Positions 53,856 through 63,566 of a stretch of DNA of 64,000 nucleotides are shown in pieces. Both the position numbers and the translations under genes were made by a program. Origin of the DNA: an uncultured delta proteobacterium (GTDB taxonomy: Bacteria > Myxococcota_A > Polyangia > Fen-1088); contig CAWCMR010000013.1 in assembly GCA_963796685.1 (NCBI GenBank), positions 64,001-128,000 on the forward strand. The letters are read 5' to 3'. Under the pieces are notes generated by a model, which was not told where the DNA came from, did no database searches, and saw only the letters and a program-made list of their open reading frames with translations. How positions within the stretch are numbered: the first letter of the stretch is position 1; the number at the start of each line of letters is the position of its first letter.

Positions 53856-54860
53856 TCAGAACCAGTAGCCGCCGCCCGCCCGCAACCCGAAGAAACGCGA
53901 ATGGACCTCGACGTCGGCCGACTCGCCGGTGGTGGCGCTTTGCACCTGGTTGTTCTGGAAGCCCCATTGGTAGGTGCCGCGGAAATCCAGGAAGCCGTGC
54001 TGCCCCAACGCCCAGATCATGCCGAAGCCGGTCTGGACGAGGAAGCCGTGGGCCGTGCCGGGATCGGCGTAGACCTTGACCAGGTTGGAGGCAAACAGGA
54101 GCGAATATCCGGGGGCCGCGAACACCAGCAAGCGGAGCCGGCGGGCCGCGGAAACCGTCACGCCGAGCTGGGGAAGGAAGTCGACTTCGCGTCCGGTGCC
54201 GCCGAAGAGGTTGTTGTTCGAAGACGAGGCGGGGCCGGCGAGACTCCACTTGACCGAAGGCAGGAACTGCACCGCGAAGGCCAGGTACAGATAGCGGTGC
54301 AGGTCGACTTGCACGAATGGAACGATGCCGGCGGTCCCGGCGGTGCTGCCCGAATAGGCCAGCAGGGGCTCGCCTTTGTAATTGAGGCTGTAGGACAGGG
54401 TCCCTTGCGGCATGACAACGAGGGCAGCGCCGATTCGCAACCTGCCGCTCGGTAGGGGCGAGGGCGGAGGTTCGGCGCTGACCGCCGGCCGGTAACCGGC
54501 GCCGGCGTAGGCTGGAGGATAACCCGGGTAGGGCGAGGCGTAGGGTGAGTAGCCCCGCGGGTAGGTCGGGTATCCGGGAGGGTAAGGAGCAGGGGGCGGA
54601 TAGCCGTACGCGGGCGAATAGGGATAACCAGGTGGATAGGGATAGGCGGGCGGATAGGGATAGGGCGGCTGCGCTGCGCCCGGGGCAGGCGGCGGCGTCT
54701 GGGCAGGCGGCTGCTGCTGCAACCATGGGGCTGGCACGGCACTCGGCGAGGCGGTGGGCGTCGGAGGTGCCGGCGTTGCTCCCGGCGCGGGGCCGCTTTG
54801 CGCGAAGGCTGGCCCAGCCAAGAAACCTAGCGCCGCCACCGCGACCAAGGGGCTTCTCAT
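53856..54860 (-). CDS. Outer membrane beta-barrel protein with Pro/Tyr-rich N-terminus
   Basis: Signal AFAQ; YPP(A/G)YP repeats; amphipathic strands; C-terminal GYWF. Confidence 0.75.
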   Translation of the reverse strand: MRSPLVAVAALGFLAGPAFAQSGPAPGATPAPPTPTASPSAVPAPWLQQQPPAQTPPPAPGAAQPPYPYPPAYPYPPGYPYSPAYGYPPPAPYPPGYPTYPRGYSPYASPYPGYPPAYAGAGYRPAVSAEPPPSPLPSGRLRIGAALVVMPQGTLSYSLNYKGEPLLAYSGSTAGTAGIVPFVQVDLHRYLYLAFAVQFLPSVKWSLAGPASSSNNNLFGGTGREVDFLPQLGVTVSAARRLRLLVFAAPGYSLLFASNLVKVYADPGTAHGFLVQTGFGMIWALGQHGFLDFRGTYQWGFQNNQVQSATTGESADVEVHSRFFGLRAGGGYWF

Positions 54861-55906
54861 GGCTGCACCCCCTGCAAGAGCGCGTATCGGGCAACTCTCG
54901 CTCGCATGATGTCCATGATTTCCAGCGCGCGGTTCTCGAAGGAAAGGAAGCTCGCCCCCTCGTACTTGGAGGCATCGAGGACATTGCCATAGCGGGCGGT
55001 CGCTTGCTCGATGGTCGTAAGCTGGCTCGAGTTGAGCGGCAGGTCGCACACCGTCGCGATCGGGTTCATCAGGTTGGCCCCGTAGGACTGAGGATCGAGG
55101 TGCTCGAGCCCGTAGGCGTGACCGACCTCGTGGGCGATCACGATGTCGGGCTCGGGCAGCACGAAATCGGTCAGGTTCACGCCGATGAAGACCGTGGGCG
55201 AGAAGTCCGACTCGTTCAGGACATCGGCCAAGGATGTTCCCAGGTCCGAGCCCGCGGCCGAGTTGACGAGGGCTTGCGAGAGCCCGAGGCCGGCCACCCC
55301 CCAGGCCATCTCGGAGGCGTCCGGACTGGGATCGAGTGCCGCGATCCGTTTAAGCAGCACGACGTTGATGACGTTCTCCTCGGGCTCGGAATAAGCGTGA
55401 AAGAACGCCTTGACGTTGTAAAACATGGCCTCGCCTATGGCCTGGTTGCAGTCGGTGGTGGGGTAGGCCGACGAGGCGCAACTGGGATCCACGTTCGTGT
55501 TCGTGCGCATCCAGTCGGTGATGGCCTGCTCGTTGAGCACGATGGCGTGGTCGAGCGGAACCGAAATGACGTCGTAGCGGGTGAACATGGTCACGCCGTA
55601 GTAGTCGTAGTAGCGCTTGAGCCCGCCCGCGAAGCGGACCACGTCGTCCATGGTGATGCCATTGCCGCGAAAGATGCGCAGCTCGGTACGGCGGTCGAGC
55701 TTGCGCGGCACGTACGGCGCGCACTTCGCATCCGGGGTGTAGTCGAAGAGACTCTGGTACGAGGTCGGGTCGCCGGGAGCTCCGGGAAAGCCCGGATCCT
55801 GGACGACCGGTTCGAAGAAATCCACGCGCTCGTCGGAGCCGCAGCCCGAAGTCGCCAGACCGGCCACGAGCATGAGGATGGTTACTAGAATGATGGGACG
55901 CACCAA
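54857..55906 (-). CDS. Metzincin (matrixin-like) zinc metalloprotease lipoprotein
   Basis: Lipobox TSGC; HEVGHAYGLEH (HExxHxxGxxH); Met-turn NLMNP. Confidence 0.85.
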   Translation of the reverse strand: MVRPIILVTILMLVAGLATSGCGSDERVDFFEPVVQDPGFPGAPGDPTSYQSLFDYTPDAKCAPYVPRKLDRRTELRIFRGNGITMDDVVRFAGGLKRYYDYYGVTMFTRYDVISVPLDHAIVLNEQAITDWMRTNTNVDPSCASSAYPTTDCNQAIGEAMFYNVKAFFHAYSEPEENVINVVLLKRIAALDPSPDASEMAWGVAGLGLSQALVNSAAGSDLGTSLADVLNESDFSPTVFIGVNLTDFVLPEPDIVIAHEVGHAYGLEHLDPQSYGANLMNPIATVCDLPLNSSQLTTIEQATARYGNVLDASKYEGASFLSFENRALEIMDIMRARVARYALLQGVQP

Positions 55907-55993
55907 GCCACTTTAGCAGTCATGCGTAAAAGTCTCTACGGCCTTCACCAGGGGGTGACAGGCCGGGGTTTGTTGGGCAGGATGGGCGGACTC

Positions 55994-57046
55994 ATGAGTG
56001 ACGACGTTCTTCGCATAGGCATGCCCGCGGGGTCGCTGGCCGATCCCAACCGTGGTGGCAATCTCGTTCAGCTGCTCGAACAGTCGGGTTTTCGCACCTC
56101 GGGCTACCAGTCCGGCGGACCGAGTAAGTTCTCGACGGTCAACTTCCTCTACGGGTGGGACGGCCGGCCGCAGGAATTCGCCACCCAGCTCGGCATCGGC
56201 GAGCTGGACGTGGCCATTGCGGGCGACGACTGGATTCGCGAGCGCGTGCTCGAGCTCAAGTACGAGTACGGTCGGGACATCGCGCTACGCCGGGTGATGT
56301 CGCTCGGGCGCGGCAGCGTGCGCCTGGTGGGCATCGTGAAACCGGACAAGGAATTTCCGGGCGTGGTCGAATTCTTCAAGGATTTGGCCGGCCGCAAGCC
56401 ACTCATCACGGCCGTGGCCGAGATGCCGTACCTGGCCCTGGAGTGGATTGGCCGCCGTCTCGAGGACGCCGGCGTGGACAAGGGGTTCGCCAAGTTCTCG
56501 GTGCAGAAGTACTCGACGCCGCCCAAGATCGACGCCGGCATCGTCATCTACGAAACCTGGGGCAAGACCGAGGCCAAGGTGAAGAACGGCGGCGCCGATC
56601 TGGGCCTGGAAATCACCCAGAGCGGCAGCGCCATCAAGAACTACGGCCTGCGCATCATCGACGAGGTCATGGAATCGGGAACGTCCATCTGGGTGAACCC
56701 CAAGATTCGCGACGACAAGCGCAAGTACGAGCTCTTGCGTATGTTCCTGCTCAACCTGCACGGCGCCATCAACGCCGAGAACAAGGTGCTGCTCTTGTTC
56801 AACGTCCCGGTCTCGAACGCCGCGGAAGTCGAGGCGTACCTCGTGCGCAACAATCTGTTCGCCGACGAGCCCAGCCGCATCAGCGGCAAGTCGTACACCG
56901 AGTACAGCATCGAAGTGGACACGGCCAGCTCCAAGCTGCCGCTGGCCCAGATCCGGTACGAGCTGGCCGTGATGGGGGCAAGGGGAATCGACACGGTTCC
57001 GCTCACCTCCTCCATCCCGTCCATCGGCGTCATCGACACGTGGTAA
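55994..57046 (+). CDS. hisG: Divergent long-form ATP phosphoribosyltransferase (HisG-like)
   Basis: IGMPAGSL, RPQE, LDVAIAGDDWIRE, WGKTEAK, EITQSGSAIKNYGL, C-terminal regulatory-like domain ending GARGI. Confidence 0.7.
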   Translation: MSDDVLRIGMPAGSLADPNRGGNLVQLLEQSGFRTSGYQSGGPSKFSTVNFLYGWDGRPQEFATQLGIGELDVAIAGDDWIRERVLELKYEYGRDIALRRVMSLGRGSVRLVGIVKPDKEFPGVVEFFKDLAGRKPLITAVAEMPYLALEWIGRRLEDAGVDKGFAKFSVQKYSTPPKIDAGIVIYETWGKTEAKVKNGGADLGLEITQSGSAIKNYGLRIIDEVMESGTSIWVNPKIRDDKRKYELLRMFLLNLHGAINAENKVLLLFNVPVSNAAEVEAYLVRNNLFADEPSRISGKSYTEYSIEVDTASSKLPLAQIRYELAVMGARGIDTVPLTSSIPSIGVIDTW

Positions 57047-57050
57047 CAGA

Positions 57051-58158
57051 CTACGGCTGCTGCCAAAGGGTGCTGCAGGCGTTCGGGCCACCGCACGGCG
57101 AACAGGAATAGCCGATTTCAGGCGCGAGAGCCTGCGATTTCACCCAATCGTCGCAGGCGGATCCGTAGAGGGTGATGCTGGTGTTGTTGAAGTTGGAGTA
57201 GGACCACCCGTTTGGATTGCTCCCGTCGACTTCTGGAATGGATTCCCCGTCGATGTGAACCGTGAGCTGCGTGTTGGGTGGAATGGAGCTAGAGGTCATG
57301 GTGCAAGATGTTCTTGCGACGGCCGAGAAGAGCTCAGCGAGAGCGCTGGCGAGATCGCCGGTGTCGCTCGGCGTATAGAGTGAGCTCGTGTTGTAGGGAA
57401 GATGTATCGCCGACGGCGTCGAACTGAGCTTGGATAGACACGACCCCGGAGCGGGTTGATAGCCCACACTGAGCACGACGATGGGTACGCCGAGGGTGCC
57501 GAGATCGCCGGCTGCGCCGATGGCAATGGAACACACGTCATGGCTTTCGGAAGCGCACGATGGTTCTGACGAGGTCACCAGCAGAACGTATCGGTTGCCA
57601 TAGGAAGATGAATTCTTCTTGTCCTTGTAGTAGTCCCTTGCTGTTGCAAGCGCTTGATAGGATGGCGAGTCCGAGCCAGAGGACGGGCAAGACGGTGCGC
57701 CATGTGGATCGCTACACTCGATTGCGCTCGTCATTTGCGGCGAGTCCTGGAGCACCGGCTCGGGAAACACCGTGCTGGCGCAACAACTTCCCGCCTGACA
57801 CTGCGGGTCCGCGGCATTGCCCGGAAACTGCTCGAAACCGAACATGATTTTCGCTTGGTAGGGAGCTATCGCGTTGACAAGCGCGTCCTGCGCGGCCTTC
57901 TGTCTGGTGGAGCTCGCCGAAATACGACTGCATGGACGCCGAGCGGTCCAATACGATCAATATCTGCGGGCTCTTGGGTCCGAAGTGCAGGTCATACCAC
58001 TGCGGACTGCCGACGCAGAAAGCGTCTGGCCCGAGCCCAGCCGCGTCCCTGGCGACGTCCGCTGACTGGCCGCCGTCCTGTACGTCGTCAAGAACGACCT
58101 GTTCCGTGCATCCCGCGAGGGCGAGCGCGAGGCCGATGACACCGGCGCGCCGGAGCAT
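57051..58158 (-). CDS. VWA-domain lipoprotein, +1 frameshift near 57915
   Basis: Lipobox LAGC; LIVLDRSASM MIDAS; removing one G restores FGSSTRQKAAQDAL...MFGFEQFP; YVLLVTSSEPSC. Confidence 0.8.
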
Positions 58159-58163
58159 GGGGC

Positions 58164-59360
58164 TCACCTTGGCTCGGAGGCCTTCTCCGCGGCGCGAAGG
58201 CGTTCCGCCAGCTTCTGCACATCGAGGCGGCGCTCGCTGCTCGGGTGCCTTGCGATGAAGGCGTCGGCCTCGGCCAGGGCCGCGTGAACGTCGCCCAGTT
58301 GCGAAAGCGTATCGACGATCGACAGATCGGTCTCGGTGCGCAGGAGCCCGGACGGGAATCGGGTGCGATACTTGTCCCATAGTGCAATCGCCTGGCGCGG
58401 ACGGTTGAGATTGTAGCGCGTAACCCGCGCCAGCTCATAGGCCGCGTTTTCAGCCGCCGGGCCACTTCCCTGGGAGGCTCGCGAAAGGATCTCCACCGCT
58501 CTGCTCGTGTCCCCGGCCTGCAACGCGGCCTGGGCTTCCCGCAAGCCGCGGGATGTTGCCACGGGCGGCTTGGCAGTAGACGCGACCAGCGGCTGAGGCC
58601 TTTCAGACGGTACCGAGGCGCTCTGCGGCGAAGTTGTCTCGTCGGGATAGAGCGGGCCGTTCCATGAGTCGCCCGCCACCAGGCGGGTCGAGTGGGAACC
58701 TCGCCAAACCTCGACCACCCCCTGGGTGACCTCGACGCCGACGGTGCGGCTGACCACGCTCACCACGAACTTGGTACCCACGACGGTGACCACATAGGGC
58801 CCCGCGGTCACCGAGAAGCGCCAGCCGGGTGGCTGGTGGGGAACCGACAAGCGCGCGCTTCCCTTTTCGACCGAAGGACGGTGCTGGTCGTCCCAGGTAA
58901 TGGCCGAATTCTCCGCCAGGTCGGCCACGGCACCGCCACCGAGGGCCACGCGGACGTGCTCGCCTTTGCGCGTGCTCACGACGTGACCGGGCACCCGTTC
59001 GACCTCGAGAAGCGCGGCCGGCTCCTCGCCAGGCTCCGTTTTCGCGGCCGATGTCGCGGGGAGGACCGGCGCCGGGGTCATGGCGCCCTTTGCCACCGGC
59101 CCCGATGAGGAGGCGGCCCCAGGCCACAGCTGTCGCACGTGGGGATAGGCAATCACGCCAGCCGCGACGAGCACCACCGCGGCGGCGCCTGCGAACACCA
59201 CGCGACCGAAGGACCGTGGCTGCGGAGCCTCCAGGCGTTCGGAAACCTTGGCCCACACGCGGCGATGGGTGATCTCGTCGCCCGTTCGCAGCGAGGCTTG
59301 GTCCAAGCCCTCGCGCAAGATGCGCTCCGATTCGTCACGCGGTTCTTCCAGCCACTTCAT
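58164..59360 (-). CDS. FecR-like anti-sigma factor with C-terminal TPR
   Basis: One TM helix; VTVVGTKF...VEVTQGVVEV FecR motif; YRTRFPSG TPR-like tail; ATGA overlap with sigma. Confidence 0.82.
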   Translation of the reverse strand: MKWLEEPRDESERILREGLDQASLRTGDEITHRRVWAKVSERLEAPQPRSFGRVVFAGAAAVVLVAAGVIAYPHVRQLWPGAASSSGPVAKGAMTPAPVLPATSAAKTEPGEEPAALLEVERVPGHVVSTRKGEHVRVALGGGAVADLAENSAITWDDQHRPSVEKGSARLSVPHQPPGWRFSVTAGPYVVTVVGTKFVVSVVSRTVGVEVTQGVVEVWRGSHSTRLVAGDSWNGPLYPDETTSPQSASVPSERPQPLVASTAKPPVATSRGLREAQAALQAGDTSRAVEILSRASQGSGPAAENAAYELARVTRYNLNRPRQAIALWDKYRTRFPSGLLRTETDLSIVDTLSQLGDVHAALAEADAFIARHPSSERRLDVQKLAERLRAAEKASEPR

Positions 59361-59935
59361 GGCACCATTCTCCTTGCAGCCTTCACCATCTCGGAACGGG
59401 CGTGGTGCAACCGGGACCAGACGGTGTTTTCCGGGCAACCGACGACGTCCGAGATCTCCTTGGCCGAGAGTCCTTCGATCTCGAACAAGACCAAGACGGT
59501 TCGCTTCTTGGGGGGGAGCTTGGCGAGCATGCGATCGAGTGTCGCGATTTGCGTCGAGCGCTCGGAAGGGTCGACGAGAACCGTCGGCTTCTCCATCAAC
59601 ATCGTCAAGCGCATGGTTTCACGCGTTCTTCGCCGCCGACCGAGCCGAATCGCATGGCGAGCGGCGATTCGGTAAATCCAAGTGGAAAGTTGAGCTTCGC
59701 CGCGGAAGTGCCGCAGGCTACGGAAGACGGCGATGAAGATATCCTGCGCCGCATCTTCGCGTTCATCGACCGGCACCCCTAAGGCGGAGGTGAAGCGGTG
59801 CGCCAAGGGCGCATACCGGTCGTACAGGGTCCGCCAAGCGGTCATGTCTCCGGCACGGCACGACCTTACGAGCTCTACGTCTGCAAGGGCTGACGGCATC
59901 GCCGATGGGGTCTGTGTCTGCTGCGTTTGTCCCAT
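59357..59935 (-). CDS. ECF sigma-70 factor
   Basis: DAAQDIF, STWIYRIA, EGLSAKEIS...TVWSRLHHAR. Confidence 0.94.
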   Translation of the reverse strand: MGQTQQTQTPSAMPSALADVELVRSCRAGDMTAWRTLYDRYAPLAHRFTSALGVPVDEREDAAQDIFIAVFRSLRHFRGEAQLSTWIYRIAARHAIRLGRRRRTRETMRLTMLMEKPTVLVDPSERSTQIATLDRMLAKLPPKKRTVLVLFEIEGLSAKEISDVVGCPENTVWSRLHHARSEMVKAARRMVP

Positions 59936-59995
59936 GGTTGCCTTTAATCCATTAGAGCCACAGTGACCCTGTATTCATCATTCCACATCGTCACA

Positions 59996-61036
59996 TCAGA
60001 ACCAAATGCCGAAGCCGACGGCCATGGTCAGGTACGCTGGCGGAGCCTCGAAGAGCGGGACGGTTGAGCCGCTCTGCGCTACGATTCTTTGCCGCACGAG
60101 TGCAACGCACCCAGACAGATCGGCTCTGGCAAAGAAGCGCTCCTGCCAGAAGTACTGATAGCCGGTCCGCAATCCGGCCGCCCAGGCGAATCGGATTTCG
60201 CGCCTGAGCTGGGCATTGGCATCCGCGTTCCGCCAGTCCAGCCATACCATTTCGAGGGAGCCCTGCGGACCCGCGTAGAGTCTGCCACGCCAGAGAGGCC
60301 ATGCGAGGAGGAGAGCGAGATCGGCTCCCGACCGCACGGCCGTTGCGCTGCCGGCGCCCTTCTCGTACACCCACTTGCAATCCGACGCGATGCCAACCAC
60401 GCCGGCCGAGATGTCTATCCACGGCCGCCCGCCGGCCAGCACGAGCCTGGTCACGGCCGCGCCTCCCGTCAGCTTGAATTCGTTTCCGCCCAGATCGGTC
60501 GCACCGCCGGGTATGCGTCTGCCCGCGGTCACCGACAAGGCGAATCCCGGTGTCACGGGGTTGGGCTCGGGCCGTTTGGGCTTCGCTGGAGGTGGAGGTC
60601 GTGGCGTAGGAGGAGGTGGTGGTGGTGGAGGTGGTGGTGGTGCAGGGGGAGGAGGCGGCTTGCGCTCCGGCAACTTGGGCAGCTCGACCTCCTCGAAATA
60701 GCGATCGACGATGAACGCAACCGTGTCGGCAAGCGCGGCGCAGTCGCGAGTGCGGTCGCCGACTGGCAGGGGCAGCACCCGGTACAGCTTTACCAGTCCC
60801 GCTTTGTCGACGAGGGACAGGCTCGTCTCGCCGGTGGCAAGGGGAGGCGAAAGCACCAGGGTGAGCGGATTGGCGGTCCCGGCCTGGGGACGTGGTGAAA
60901 CCAGTCTGGGTGCGTGGTTTTCGAGCGCGGCCTGGACCTGGGCGGGGGAGGGACAATGGTCCTCTGCACCGGGAGCCACAGTAACCAGGGCTGACTGGAT
61001 GAGACCGACCATGATGAGCGCGTGCACTGGGGTCAT
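59996..61036 (-). CDS. Exported protein: Cys-containing N-domain, poly-Pro linker, C-terminal beta-barrel-like region
   Basis: CPSPAQV...RDCAALAD, poly-Pro, amphipathic strands, terminal GIWF. Confidence 0.7.
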   Translation of the reverse strand: MTPVHALIMVGLIQSALVTVAPGAEDHCPSPAQVQAALENHAPRLVSPRPQAGTANPLTLVLSPPLATGETSLSLVDKAGLVKLYRVLPLPVGDRTRDCAALADTVAFIVDRYFEEVELPKLPERKPPPPPAPPPPPPPPPPPTPRPPPPAKPKRPEPNPVTPGFALSVTAGRRIPGGATDLGGNEFKLTGGAAVTRLVLAGGRPWIDISAGVVGIASDCKWVYEKGAGSATAVRSGADLALLLAWPLWRGRLYAGPQGSLEMVWLDWRNADANAQLRREIRFAWAAGLRTGYQYFWQERFFARADLSGCVALVRQRIVAQSGSTVPLFEAPPAYLTMAVGFGIWF

Positions 61037-61082
61037 TGTAGCCGCGCTGGCGCCCGGCGCCCAATAGCGCATGTTTGGGTTT

Positions 61083-61116
61083 CGGTTGACGATCCGGTTG
61101 ACGATTCGGTTGACGT
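61083..61116 (+). promoter_or_regulatory. Three 12-bp-period direct repeats in a divergent promoter
   Basis: CGGTTGACGAtc CGGTTGACGAtt CGGTTGACGT. Confidence 0.6.
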
Positions 61117-61146
61117 GGGCTTGCGACGAGGAAGTAAGATGTGCCC

Positions 61147-62289
61147 ATGAAACGCGGAATGCCCTCCGTTTTGCTGGTTGTCGATGTCTGCCTGGTTTGC
61201 CTGGTCTGCCTGGTCGGCCCCGTTATGGCCGCGCCCAAGCAGCTCAAGCCATCGGGCAAGGTCACTTCCACCGAGGGGCTCCTTCACGACGCCTTCGCGT
61301 TCGACGAGACCGGCAGCAAGCTGGCCACCATCCAGTTCACCGCCAAGGGGGCGGTGCAGCTTCTCGTGGGCCCGCCCGGGGGCAAGCCACGCATCACGGA
61401 CATTTCCAGCTTCACCTCCACCCCGGAGAAGATCCTGGGCTTGTCGGGATACTGGTTCGTGGTGTCGAACGAGGGGCGTCGTCGCGCCGCCATCATCGAC
61501 CCCAGCGGACATATAAGGCGCACCACCCAGTCCTTCGACGACTGTGAGATCTCCATGTCCCCCAAGGCCTTCGTTGCGTTCTCGGAGAGGAACGAACCCG
61601 AGGGAAAGCGCCGCTTCACCATCCAGGCCTACAAGCCCGATGGCGGAACGCTCATGACCACCGACGTGGTGGTTGAAGGTGACGGCAATGTCGTGGGGGC
61701 CGGCGGCGCCACCTTCCTTGGGTTCACCAACAGCCATTTTTCGGCCATGGTCGAACGGCCGGGCGCCTACAACCGCAAGACCGACGTGCGCCAGCCACCC
61801 CAGTTCGCCATCCTGGACGTCAAGAGCAACAAAGTCGGCCCGGGCAAGACTCCGCCCAAGCTCGCCAACTTCCTCGACTACGTCCGCAAGCGTGGGGAGA
61901 AGCCCGAGCTGCCTGCCGTCATCGTGCTGGCCGAGGGTCGGAACGGCTACGAGTTGGTCGGACCCGGCGAGAAGGTGCGCACGCTCAACCTCACCGTGCC
62001 GGTGCAGGATTACGATCCAACGTCGCTGCAACAGCGCTGGGTGGGAAGACGGGTGGTGTTCTCGTTGCTGGCCGACCGACCGGGGCGGAAGCAGAGCGAC
62101 ATGAACGAAGAGAAGCGCTTCGCCCTCGATTTCTTCAGCCTGGATCCCGCCAGCGCCAAGGTGACCGCGATCGGCGAGGTCGGGCTGCCGAACAGGCAAC
62201 CCTATCCATGGTCGGCGGGCGGGAGCAAGATCGCGGTCCAGCGCAAGACCGAGGACGGCAACAAGGAGATTCTCATCTACTCTCGCTGA
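61147..62289 (+). CDS. Exported beta-rich (propeller-like) hypothetical protein
   Basis: Signal peptide with (VCL)x3, cleavage VMA; TolB-like strands; strong codon bias. Confidence 0.72.
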   Translation: MKRGMPSVLLVVDVCLVCLVCLVGPVMAAPKQLKPSGKVTSTEGLLHDAFAFDETGSKLATIQFTAKGAVQLLVGPPGGKPRITDISSFTSTPEKILGLSGYWFVVSNEGRRRAAIIDPSGHIRRTTQSFDDCEISMSPKAFVAFSERNEPEGKRRFTIQAYKPDGGTLMTTDVVVEGDGNVVGAGGATFLGFTNSHFSAMVERPGAYNRKTDVRQPPQFAILDVKSNKVGPGKTPPKLANFLDYVRKRGEKPELPAVIVLAEGRNGYELVGPGEKVRTLNLTVPVQDYDPTSLQQRWVGRRVVFSLLADRPGRKQSDMNEEKRFALDFFSLDPASAKVTAIGEVGLPNRQPYPWSAGGSKIAVQRKTEDGNKEILIYSR

Positions 62290-63479
62290 CCGGTCTCGCC
62301 GAGCAGGCGCCCGGCCTCGGCGGTCGAGCGCAGCACGCAGTCTTCGATGGCCAAGCCACCGAAGAAGTTGCCGGTGACGTACACGTGCGCTCCGGCGATG
62401 CCCCAATCGATGGCGCGCACGATGTCCGCGTGCCCGAGTCCGGGCGAGGGGAGGGACGTCTCGTGTTCCGCGACGTGGGCAAAGGCCTTGCGGCTTGCGC
62501 CGGTAATGGAGGCGATGCGATCCAGACGCTCGTCGAGAGTGAGGCCGGCTCGAAAATGAAAGGCCAGGGCACGGAAACAATCGTCGGGGACGACGTCGCG
62601 GCTCACCGCCGAGAAGAAGACATCGTCGAAGGGAACCAGGCCGGCCACGCGCGGGAAGGTCAGGTCCTTCTTGGCGAACGTCACGCCGGTCGAGACGATG
62701 GCGGCGGTCGAAACGCGTGCCAGCGCTGCCGCCGCTTCGGGCAAGAGCAGCGAAAGCAGGCGTGCCGCTACATCGGGCGGTAGCGCAAGGATCACGTTGC
62801 GGACGGTGGCGGTGTCGCCATCCGCCAAGGTGATGGCGAAGCCCTGCTCGACGCGGGCCAGGGCGCGCGCCCCTGCGTTCACCCGCAAGGCCACGCGCTC
62901 CTCCGTGGCCAGGCGCTCGACGAGGGTCGACAGGCCGTTCTTCAGCGTGAAGGTGCGGGGAAACTCCTTGCGGCGGGGACGGCGTTTGAACAGCATCTCG
63001 GCCGGGAAATCATCGGCGCGCTGGGAAGGCACGGCCGACAGCAGCGGAGAAAAAACCCGTCTCCAATTGCGCTTGCCCACCAGGCGGCCGTAGTAATCAC
63101 CGACGGTGCGGTCGCCCTTCTTTTCGGTGAAGGCCCGCCATGCCGACAGCAGCAGCTCGCCCAGGGCGAGCTGCGAGGGAATAGAGCGCACCTTGCCCTC
63201 GACAAGCAACCGGTAAGGCGCCTTCCGGCGCTGCTCGATGGTCCCTTCGAGACGCGACGACACCATGATGTCCAGCAACAATCCGTAGGAATTGTAGAGG
63301 GTGTGCGCGCCAAGCTCGTACCAGAAGGACTCCGAGGTCCTGACCGTATGGATGCACCCGCCAGGCTGGGCGCTCTCCTCGAGCACGAGGCAACGCAGAC
63401 CGGCCCGTGCGCACAGGTGTGCGGCGGCAAGCCCGCTGATGCCAGCGCCCAGAACCGCGACGTCGAAGGTGGAGCTCAC
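62277..63479 (-). CDS. FAD-dependent oxidoreductase, protoporphyrinogen/coproporphyrinogen oxidase (HemY)-like
   Basis: GAGISGL, GGCIHT, ELGAHT, GNFFGGLAIEDCV. Confidence 0.75.
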   Translation of the reverse strand: MSSTFDVAVLGAGISGLAAAHLCARAGLRCLVLEESAQPGGCIHTVRTSESFWYELGAHTLYNSYGLLLDIMVSSRLEGTIEQRRKAPYRLLVEGKVRSIPSQLALGELLLSAWRAFTEKKGDRTVGDYYGRLVGKRNWRRVFSPLLSAVPSQRADDFPAEMLFKRRPRRKEFPRTFTLKNGLSTLVERLATEERVALRVNAGARALARVEQGFAITLADGDTATVRNVILALPPDVAARLLSLLLPEAAAALARVSTAAIVSTGVTFAKKDLTFPRVAGLVPFDDVFFSAVSRDVVPDDCFRALAFHFRAGLTLDERLDRIASITGASRKAFAHVAEHETSLPSPGLGHADIVRAIDWGIAGAHVYVTGNFFGGLAIEDCVLRSTAEAGRLLGETGQRE

Positions 63480-63566
63480 GATCGTGGAAGGCTACGTGGT
63501 CGGGCCCTCGTTTGTCCATGGTATGTGGGTGGTGAAGCCAAGCTGCGATGCTATTCTTCGCGGCCA

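Noticed and set aside
52771-54990. 739-aa ORF
   Set aside because: First part overlaps the beta-barrel gene off-frame; real start is 53805
60586-60660. GGT/GGA microsatellite
   Set aside because: Encodes the poly-proline linker of the minus-strand gene
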